A stretch of DNA of 64,000 nt from Ophelia neglecta (taxonomy: Eukaryota). The stretch lies in the NCBI GenBank assembly GCA_965285935.1, contig OZ260662.1:86118001-86182000 (forward strand), read 5' to 3'. The translations under genes and the position numbers were made by a program. Shown piece by piece: positions 1-9,450 of this stretch; within the stretch, counting starts at the first letter, position 1, and each line of letters opens with the position of its first letter. The notes under the pieces were generated by a model, which saw only the letters and a program-made list of their open reading frames with translations, did no database searches and was not told where the DNA came from.

Positions 1-2933
1 CCCTCGAATTCCTGAATTAAACGAGCCATCTCAGGACCACATACCATCCAACGACGAAGGGCAGCAGGGATCTCCGTCAGGCCAACAGCACCGCCGTCTC
101 CCTTTATTGAAGCATTGTTCTGCTCGTGGGCCTGGTCAATAGCTACAGCAGAGAATGCTCGCTTCGACTTCTTGACAACAAATTTCCCCTTCGTAAACTC
201 AGCATAGACATGGGGATGGAGCTGGCTCAGTGACACCATGTCTCGCAGGTGGATCGGCATCCATCTTGAGTGTGTATGGTCCAGAGCCAATGGACGATCT
301 TGGACAGGGCCTCTATGTAGAGTAGGAAGTCGGCCTCGCGTATCGATCTCACGTAGACCATCACAGCCAGTTTCAGCTGCAGGATCAAGTTCCAAAATTG
401 GAATTGAGGACATGCATCGGATCTCGCAACACACCAGTCTTCAAATGGTCCCACGTCATTTGCACCTTCCAAGGTCTGGATGTACTCCTTGTGGGCACTT
501 TGCTGAAGAAGATACAGGCTACTGGCTGTAACTTGGTGAGCCCGTCTTGTGCGTGTCACATGGGATGCTTTCAGAAATGAATCTGCTGTTCCACTGGTAG
601 CAACCCCGGCCTGAACGAGTGCTCCTGTCCAGCCGCTGCCCTCCAGAAGATCTCCAAGGACCTTGAGGGATGCCATCTCGATGTGTAGCCCACCAAACAT
701 AACTATGAATCGATCTTCACCATAACTTGTAGGCCAGCTCCATTGGATCTGCTTAGCCAGAGTGTAGAGTGGCTGGTCACATGTGAGGACTGGGATCTGG
801 CCAGGGTTCAGGATATCAACTGCCATTTTCACCATGTCCATCGAGTGTCGGATCATGGCTACAGATTTTGCCTCATCATGAAAAATGGGAAGCAAGGAGG
901 TGAGAGCCACATTTATGTTTCCTGGTGGTCGTGATGCTTGTTGGCTTGCATGGTATGCAGCCCAGGAGATCACCTCATACTCCTTCATGGTGTCAGATTC
1001 CACCACATGCTTCAGGTGCTCCAGCCAGCTGTTAAGCAGAAACAAATAATGGTTGTTTGAATATATTATGCATGGACATGTGGTAATTTGTGCTTGGTTG
1101 GTAAATTTAGCGATCTAATGTTCAACGAATAATGTAAAACCTACCAATATTCCTTCCGCAAGGCTTGAGGTATTAGCTGACAGTCTGCTCGGTTCGGACC
1201 TTCCTGTTTTGGCACCGGTGGGTCTTGCCTTGGAAGGGCAACAGGAGGTACATTGGTGTATGCCACGGGGAGAGATGCTGACATCTTCTTGGCACCAGTA
1301 GCATCATGATTGGTGTGGCCAACAGCCCGGGAAGCTCCATTGAAGTTGTTGTCTGGGTGTTGGAACAGCGAAATTCCAGTTCCATGGAATGAATCATACG
1401 CACTGGTAGAGCTGGGGTTGTGGTCTATGTTATCAACAGCAGTAGTTGTGAAGAGACCACCTTTCAGCTCAGGAGGACAAACTGCTTTCTCCATCTTATA
1501 GTAATGGCAGATGTTATGGCCAAGCTCAGTTGAGATGGCCAGCACCCGGTCATAGGAAATACTAAGCCCCAGATCATATAAACAGTCCACCAGTTCACGC
1601 TTGCGAGTCTTCGTGTGGACCATCACACCCAAGTAGATAGGGAAAAGATTTTTCCCTTACTTGATTGTGCCTTGCACATGGAGTCTGCTGATTTTCGCGA
1701 CGTCGTACCATGCTGTTGGACATCAGTAGTTGGGAAATTGTGAGCACTGGCTGGGGCAGTGTTGAAGAGCTTGACTGTGCCTTGATGTTTGGCCCATTTA
1801 ACACCATAGCAACTAATGCTAACAGAGACACTGGAACAGAATCTTCCTGGCTGTTGGTTCAAAGGAACCTACAAACTGGTTTTTCATCTTGAACATGTCT
1901 CTTCGCACAATGTTGGCAGCCCTGGCAAGATGAACAGCATCACTATCGGCATCAGGCTCACATGCTTTCCTCAGTGCTGGTCCAACGTCTTCACTGGAAA
2001 TGAGGACTATATCTCGGCCTTGCTTGTGAGCCTCCATGTCTGGAAAGTAAGACAGAACTCTCTTTTTGAGGTCAGTGGAGTGGACACGACCCGCAACATC
2101 AGTTCCAAGTTGCGCTAGCCTGCTTGTGTACAGATCAATCAGGTCGCTTAGTTTGAAGATGGGTGCAACTAGACAATCGGTGCGAGCATCCTCAATATAT
2201 GATACCAGCTCAGCAAATGCAAGCCCTTGATTCATTTTGTCCGCATCAGACTCTTCAGATGTTTTTGTTTCTCTAACACTGTTGTACAAAGAAAGCAAGC
2301 ATGGCATATGGTGCCGGGCTTCTTGTGCTATCAAGTCTCCTGCACTGAGTTTGGCCAGTAGGGATTTGTCCTGCAATTTCATAGCGGCCTTCCTGACATT
2401 GACATCTAGCCCAAATGTTGATGCCTTTCGAGTCAAAGACTCCTGATCTGGTGCAGGTTTGTCACAGAAAACAATGTTTCGGCAGAAGCAGAATCACTTT
2501 TCTCACCGGAACTCCTGCGAGTGAACTTCTTTGAGCTATCACCAGACTCATCGGCAGCATAGTCTTGGGGTTTCTTACGCTTCTCTGCACGCTTCAGTTT
2601 TGTTTTATTGTAAAGGAGCCTACACAAGTCGTACCACTTGGCCTTGTGTCGCTGTTATGTTCCTTCAATTCCATTCCCATCGTCAAGCCTTGAAATATTG
2701 ATTGATGTGGGCAAACAGCCAATCCTGTTGAAAGCTACAAGGAGCTCAGAAATTGTCTTGTACCCTGCTCCCTGAGTGCCACGAATAGAATTAGCTGGAC
2801 AGTGAAGTACTTCTGGCGTATCTTCCTGGCAGAGAAAGCACTTGCTCCAGTCAGTTGCAAGACCCTGGGCTGATGTCCTGTGCTGTAGAGGATCCACCAA
2901 CTTGTAAACCTTCGCTTGGCTATTGTCCCACAT
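1..2933 (-). mobile_element. Academ-superfamily (probably AcademX) DNA transposon transposase, decayed; continues beyond the left window edge
   Basis: Consecutive minus-strand ORF pieces join into one protein from ATG 2933 (GCTACCATGT). Motifs in order: DWSKCFLCQ..LHCP, LAKLSAGDLIAQEARHH..CL, GLFTTTAVDNIDHNPSS, SWAAYHAS, PGQIPVLTCDQPLYTLAKQIQW, MFGGLHIEM, HVTRTRRAHQVT, and (hand-translated, about 1-290) RWMPIHLRDM...AIDQAHEQNN..KGDGGAVGLTE..ALRRWMV.GPE. Lesions: in-frame TAA at 2655-2657 and frameshifts near 2470, 1850, 1650 and 290. GT-AG intron at 1144-1029. Family assignment is from motif recall plus the adjacent TAG termini with 3-bp flanks. Confidence 0.85.
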
Positions 2934-3198
2934 GGTAGCAGAAGAATACGTCAAAAATATGTGAACATGCTTTGTGTCAAACCCTATACATAAACTCTTG
3001 TGGCACTGTGCACAGACTTGGTACATGCATTCTAGGAAACCATCTCTATATATAACCTAGCCTGAGTTACATGTTGTTCTACAACAATTACACTGTTTAG
3101 ATACAAATTAAAATCTGCTGTTTATGTAACCCATTGTGTTAACTTGTCATGACCAGGCACTAATGTCAAGTTATCGTCTAGACAGCACGCAGTTACTG

Positions 3199-3662
3199 TA
3201 GCACTGCAGATAGGTGAAGAATTGTGGGATTGATAAAACAAAACTATTGTGTGTACCTCGAATACCAACAAACCAGAAGAAATAATTCTGGGCAAATTGA
3301 CGAAATGGTCCTTATTTGAAAATTGTTACATGTCAAAAAAATGGTTAATAAATCTTATTTTTCAGCTCAAATTTGTAAATATTTGTCATTACAACTGTTA
3401 TGTAGACGGTAAAATTACTGATTTACAATTTATAATATAAAAGAAAACCATTCCCACCCCTAGAATTGATTCAACCTACAAAATCAATAATTTTCCGATA
3501 AGTGGTGGCAGTCATTTTGAAAATGGCCGCCATTTTCGTCACATGTTGAATCTGAGATGGCCCTATAGCTAAAAATAATCAGCAAGGCATATAGTTTACC
3601 ATTGGACCAAATTCCATGCTTGTTTCATCAATCCCACAATTCTTCACCTATCTGCAGTGCTA
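3199..3662. mobile_element. Non-autonomous Academ-type element (MITE) or terminal cassette of the adjacent Academ element
   Basis: 3199-3240 TAGCACTGCAGATAGGTGAAGAATTGTGGGATTGATAAAACA is the reverse complement of 3621-3662 with 1 mismatch in 42. CTG flanks both sides (3196-3198 and 3663-3665), consistent with a 3-bp TSD. Internal near-palindrome AAAATGGCCGCCATTTT near 3520-3536. Confidence 0.85.
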
Positions 3663-4023
3663 CTGAACTTTGGTAAACAGAAATAGGTTTACAGTGCTCA
3701 CAACAATGTCTTTAATTTATATTTTTATTCCATAGCGGTCGGAAGTGTAGAATAATTGTGGTATAGGCCTAAGTATAAACTTACGTTAGACTAAACTTTG
3801 TTCAAAACTGATCTATCTGTTTTCTTAAAAAGTGTTGTTAAAGTGAAGCAAAATAATTTTTTAAATGTTTGTATCATCTGTATCAAAGATGTAGTTAAAA
3901 GGAACCGAAAGTGAAGCAATGAAGGAGGAATTCCGCTCGTGTGATTTCTGTACGCTATTGATATTTAGCTATTGCGGCGTCAGGAAGCATTTTTCTAATT
4001 AACATTGCTGTCATATTAATTAG

Positions 4024-7000
4024 ATTAAAGGAGGAGACGGAGAGTCATCCTGACCAGTGGTATCGTAAGAAGAACGCGGTGCACTACCGTCAAACTCTGG
4101 ACCTTCTCTGTACCCTGATAGGGACGCGCCCTGCCAACACGGTCCTGGTGGAAAACGCAACGTTTGGTATGGATTTCTTACACATTAAGTCGACGGCGAT
4201 TAGTCTGAAGTCACTTCTTATTTGTTTTAAACTAGGCCCTGTACTGGGATTAAAATAATTAGGCTATAACATGCGTCGATCACTGGGGCTGAACGGGGGA
4301 AAAAAAAGTATTAATAGGGAGCCCAGTTAGATACCAAGGAAGTTAGTGAGCAGTCGTCAAAAGGTCTTAAATTTTGGCGTTAAAAATAAACTGGATTAAG
4401 TTTCGCTCTGCATGTTAAATATAATGTTTGAATTTTTAAAGATCGGATTCACCCTACATGATATGCAAACCAGTTCATACTTCTGTAATATCCACTTGCT
4501 TTCAGGTCTTCACTCGGCCCTATTCTCCCTGGATCTACAGCCTTCAGATGTCGTTCTCACCTCCAACTTCACCTACCACGCTGTCCAAATATTGGTCGCA
4601 GCCAGGGGTGAGATTTGTTGCATTGGTTTTATTTGTACTTTAAGTCAATGTGTCTGCGGCCAAAAACTAATAAGGTGCTCAGCGTAACAGTATAAAGATT
4701 GCGTGATTAATGATAAATACACTGTATTTAAAGACGACCATGCATGCATGCATATATTAACATCAGATAGCTATACTTAGTTTATGTTCATCAGTGGCTA
4801 GTTTGATAAATGAGCGTTGACCAATTTAGAAAAAAAATGTATACACTCAATTCTTTCTAACCAATTCTGTTTTTGTTTTGCTGAAGGTGTTCAAATTATA
4901 CAAACCGAGATTGTATTCCCTCCCAAATCAGAAGATCAGATAGTAGCAACTTACGAAAAGGTCTTGAAGCAGAATCCGAACATCAAAGTGGCAATGCTTG
5001 GTATGAGAGCTTATGTGTTTGGTCATTTATAATGTGAAGACCTATATTGATGATACAATAGGCCATGTTTGCCAAAATTCAATAGAAGATGGGTTTGCCT
5101 GTCTCCATGGCCTCTTAAAATCTTCATTTCAGGAGTAATCATAACAGTTATCAATTAAGAATTTTTAGCCCAGCGTAAGTTTGAAAAAAAAAACATAAAT
5201 ATTCTAAATATGTTATTATTTATTATTTTATTTATTATTATTTTTGTACATTAACATAGCGCCTTTCCAGGCAAGCCTGATCAATGGCGCTTCACATAAA
5301 AAGAGACATAATCAATAGGAAAAGAAATTCCCATATATTACAATAAAACACATAAAAAAGCACATAATTAATTAAAAGACTAGAATCACAATTAATCGAA
5401 AGCTAGTCTAAAAAGTGTGTTTTTAATTTTGATTTAAATTTGCCAACTGTGGGAGCATTTCTAACATCATCTGGCAACCTGTTCCATAAAAATGGTGCTG
5501 AATAACTAAAACGTCTATGGCCATATGTCACTGTCCTGACACGAGGGATCATTAATAGGTTTCTGTTCTGAGACCTGAGCTGACGAGTGGGCCTGTACAC
5601 TTGTAATAGGTCGGCCAGGTAGATCGGGGCAAGCCCGTGCACAGCCTTATAGGTGAGGAGACAATATAGCCCTATTTATAATGCAGACCTATCAAACATT
5701 AATATGATAATATTCTTTAATGGTTCTCATAAAGGGGAATTCTTTTGCCTGTAATAGGAACAACAATAAACAACATGATTATATTTACTTCCTGCAGACC
5801 ACGTAAGCAGCCCGACGAGCGTGGTGATGCCGGTGGCTCGTCTAGTTGCCCTATGCCGTGCCCAAGGCGTCATCACCATCATAGATGGCGCTCACGCACT
5901 GGGCCAACTCCAACACCTCAACGTGGAGAGTCTGGGAGCCGACTTCTACACGGGTTTGTGAACGCTCATTATAGAAGGCATTTGGTATAATCACCTGCAT
6001 AATAGCACAAGTTTAATGTCTTTCAGAATGATTGGCCATTTTTCTTGGCTACTCATTCAATCATTAGACCTATAGACACACATGTACATGTACCTACAAT
6101 TCTCTGAAGGGGTTCCAACAATACAAGGTGCTCCGACATTCGAGGAAAATGTGATAAAATTATCTACAAGGAGGTGCATGCCATTGCCCAGCTGCTGTCG
6201 ATAATCCATTTAACTTGAATGTTGCTCAAGAAAGTCGATAAACTAGGAGAGATTCTGTTAACGACTCTATGATGAAAATGTTCTCCAATAAATTACGCGC
6301 ATGCTGCATCTTACTCAACTTCGAGAAATCCAACATTCCGTGCCTAATTATTATATTTACGACCTCCCCAAGTGGTAATCTACAATTTGCCATTAATGCA
6401 ACGATTGACCCTCTAACCAACCAATCCAAATCTGAAACGCTGGGGGAAGAAATCTTCTGCCAAGTGGGATTCATCCCAGAGAGGAAACTCTCCATCATGC
6501 ACATGCAGGTCCTTAATATTTGTACTACGAGGATGGACAGGTATATATTGGCCTACGCATGGAGGCAAGACTCCTTCCTCTATTCACCACCGTGACACAA
6601 CTCCTTTACTGACACAATACAATAGGCCTAACGTTAAACAATTTTATTGTTTCTTTCTATGTCAATAAAGAAAGATATTCATTTTTATATGATATGTAAT
6701 ATATATAGGATATTTTGAACAGTGAAACAAATCATGATAGAATTCGTTGAGCTGTGATCGCTATTCTATATCCGCAGGAAATATACACAAATGGTTTTTC
6801 GTGCCGCGAGGTGCAGCATATTTGTGGGTGTCGCCTGCTTTCCGAGATACAATTCGTCCTGCTGTGGTGTCTCATTTCCATGGTAACCGATTCCATTTCG
6901 ACTTCTGCGTACGCGGCACACGTGATGACACCGGGTACTACACGTTACCGCTTGCAGTAGAGTTCGTCAAAGAGCTCGGAGGAATGGTAAAATCATGTTT

Positions 7001-8092
7001 AATTTGGTTTAGTCGAACAATGTGTTTGCATCATCGGCAAACGTAGGGGTGTCACGATCTTTCTTTAAATCCATATAGGCTAGTCTAGATTATCTAGATT
7101 CTGCTTGCGCCGCGTTGTGTGGGACTGCTGCCCTTAGGTACACTGGTTAGGGGGCGGCGGGCTTCGTGGCTAAGGGCAGGATTTTCTAAAATATCGAGAT
7201 CTCTATATTTTAGCTATTGCAAGGGAGCTAGCACTTATCACGACACCTTTAGTCATGACACTTTTATTACGAGTAAAAAGATTTAGATTAGTCATTTCAT
7301 TTTCATTACGAGTCACAAGATTTAGACTTAAAACTTTCAGGTTCTATTTAATTTGCAATGATTTCCATTGAAAGACTGGAGATGTTTCGGAACAAGAATT
7401 AATAAATTATAATCTGTCTACAGGAAGTTATAACAAAGTATAACACCGAGCTGTTGGACGCGGCTGTTGAGCGTTTGGAGAAGGCGTGGAATACCAAACG
7501 ACTGGACATGGCTCCCTCTCTCCAGGCTCCCTTCATGAGACTCATCCAACTACCGGACATGTACAACTACCCCAAAACGTCGGTGAGCACAGTCAAATCA
7601 GTTAAGCGAACATATTTAAATGAAGTCAAGTTAAGGTTCAACCTTTCTTATGTTACAATATAGCAGTATATGAGCCTCCTTAACTACCTGATCCAAACAC
7701 TCAGAATACAATTGAGCCTGTTCTAAACTTCAATGGATGTCGCAAAGTTTTATGATTGGCCTCTTGAAAAATTGCCAGGTGCAAATACCAAAATGACCTC
7801 CCTCTACCGTTCTTAGGTCGGCGCTGGTGATTTAGAAAATGACCTGTTTGGACAATACAGGATCCAGGTGCTATGTATGCTGATTCAGGGCGAGCTGTAC
7901 ATCAGGATATCCTGTCACGTGTACACGTGTATGCAGGACATCGAGAGTCTTGAGAAAGCCCTACTCGAGTTAAAAGAAGCTCCGCCAAGGCGCAAACTAA
8001 ACAAGGGATATGAACTACCCATAATGCACTGGGATCTTTCGCCTTTAATGTTCGATGACATCAATAATGAAAAACCTTCCTCTCGCCTCTAA
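4024..8092 (+). CDS. PLP-dependent aminotransferase class V / C-S lyase, hercynylcysteine sulfoxide lyase (Egt2) / L-cysteine desulfhydrase / isopenicillin N epimerase-like; 5'-partial, 7 exons
   Basis: Exons 4024-4166, 4506-4607, 4887-5000, 5798-5953, 6778-6986, 7424-7582, 7817-8092. All introns are GT-AG and phases match; about 385 aa visible. Motifs: ESHPDQWYR, LVENATFG, TYHAV, MLDHVSSPTSVVMPV, IIDGAHALGQ (PLP Asp), ADFYTGNIHKWFFVPRG (PLP Lys, codon 6789-6791), GTRD, YIRISCHVY. The family N-terminal NHGS(F/Y)G segment was not found in the window. Confidence 0.9.
5212..5665 (-). mobile_element. 5'-truncated L2/CR1-group LINE: end of ORF2, 3' UTR and tail, in an intron of the lyase gene
   Basis: LLTYKAVHGLAPIYLADLL..YRPTRQLRS...PRVRTVTYGHRRFSYSAPFLWNRLPDDVR....FKSKLKTHF* is the typical L2/CR1 ORF2 C-terminus. 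It is followed on the minus strand by AAGCGCC...GGAAAGGCGCTA (stem-loop) and an AAT/AAAT tail. Confidence 0.9.
7044..7251. mobile_element. Degenerate hAT-like MITE in a lyase intron
   Basis: TAGGGGTGTCACGAT (7044-7058) matches the reverse complement of 7237-7251 (TAAAGGTGTCGTGAT) at 11/15, with a GC-rich interior. No intact 8-bp TSD. Confidence 0.4.
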
Positions 8093-8602
8093 TGTTCGAC
8101 AAGGAAATATATGATATTGCACTTGAAATTGGGAATCACCTAACAGCTTTGTTCAAGCAAAATGCAGGGGTCCCCAAGACAAAAATGTTAAATATGTCCC
8201 AAAAATATGAGAAACGTGTATTATCTATTTATTTGTCATTTTTTAGCTGAAAAAACGCTTCATAAAACACGATTATCTGTTCTTATTTACAAACCAGCTG
8301 GCAAATCTAATAGCAATAAGCAAAACAATTGGCTGCTGCCAAACAGCACATACAGTACATATACAGTCACATTGGGTCAGTTCAAGGGTGTCCACCACAC
8401 ACAGGTCCTAAAATACTTCTAGTAGTCTCTAGGGGAATGATCCGATGGCAAAAAGCCAAGAAGTTTATAGTCTGATCTGTTATTTTAAGGTTATTTTGCC
8501 AGCCAGCTGAAAGTGGCATCAGAACATATATTCATCAGAACAGGTAGTACTAGGGGGCCCCCGAAAATGGATACTTTCTACTGCTCTACTGTGCAATGTT
8601 CA

Positions 8603-8608
8603 AATAAA
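8603..8608 (+). terminator. Candidate polyadenylation signal of the lyase gene
   Basis: AATAAA about 510 nt after the stop, followed by TTTGTGTGTATGTT. Confidence 0.3.
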
Positions 8609-8870
8609 ATGATATCAATTCATTTGTGTGTATGTTCAAATTACCTTATTTTAAAGAGAAAATTATTATACTAATAGGTTGGAAATAATTTATGTCTGTA
8701 AGCAGGTGGACCAGCACAGTAGACTTATGTTGCCAGGTATTATACTACTGGCTACCAAAGCTTGTGACTACTTATGACTATCTAAAGCAGTATAGGCAAC
8801 TTAACTGGCACTCTTGGTTATTTAGCCCAGTATTCTAGCCCCTGACGATATACCTCACTGTGAGCATATA

Positions 8871-9080
8871 AATTATCAGTCAATAATATTGAGGGTGGAT
8901 GGATGGACAGACAGACTTCAACAATATTTTTATAAGCTAAGCTGACTTAAACAATACCTCATTCCCCCTAACCTTTTATAAAATATTAGTCATTAGTATT
9001 AAGGGTGGATGGATGGACAGACAGACTTCAACAATATTTTTATAAGCTGAGCTGACTCTAAAAATACCTCTCCCCTCCCC
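8871..9080. repeat. Two-copy tandem duplication, period 110 bp
   Basis: AGGGTGGATGGATGGACAGACAGACTTCAACAATATTTTTATAAGCT occurs at 8892 and 9002 with similar flanks. Confidence 0.85.
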
Positions 9081-9166
9081 CTTGAGGTACATCTTCCTGG
9101 TAAATTGTAAATAGTCGTATAGAGAGAGCCAGCCAAATAAAATGTATGTAAATCAAGTTGTTTGAG

Positions 9167-9172
9167 TTTATT
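9167..9172 (-). terminator. Candidate polyadenylation signal of C2 gene A
   Basis: TTTATT on + (AATAAA on -) about 280 nt past the 9451 stop. Confidence 0.35.
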
Positions 9173-9450
9173 ACATTTATACATGAATTCTACAGAATGA
9201 GGTGTATCACAAATTACTATACATTTTATTTATACCTATACATTTGTTCAACAAATCAATAACAAACCACATGGGTAATGTACATGTAAATATGTACAGA
9301 ATTCAACAATTGTGGCAAAGTCAACATACATGTAAAATGAAGCCACAGCCTAGAGAGTCAGAGGTAGAAAGTTTTAAAATCATGGTGTCATCTGTGACCA
9401 AACATTTGTAAATTATTATGGTATTTGTTCTGTAAGTCAAGGCCATTAAT

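Noticed and set aside
238-2446. Plus-strand ORFs over the transposase
   Set aside because: Antisense shadows of the minus-strand transposase; no motifs.
6100-6600. Overlapping ORFs 6226-6504 (-) and 6269-6595 (+) in a lyase intron, faintly like a decayed retroelement SGNH ORF
   Set aside because: No unambiguous motif, and the flanking lyase exons join in frame without it; needs a profile search.
4024-8092. Bacterial or fungal contamination, or recent horizontal transfer, as the source of the lyase
   Set aside because: Six canonical introns containing host LINE and MITE insertions; an ancient transfer cannot be judged without a tree.
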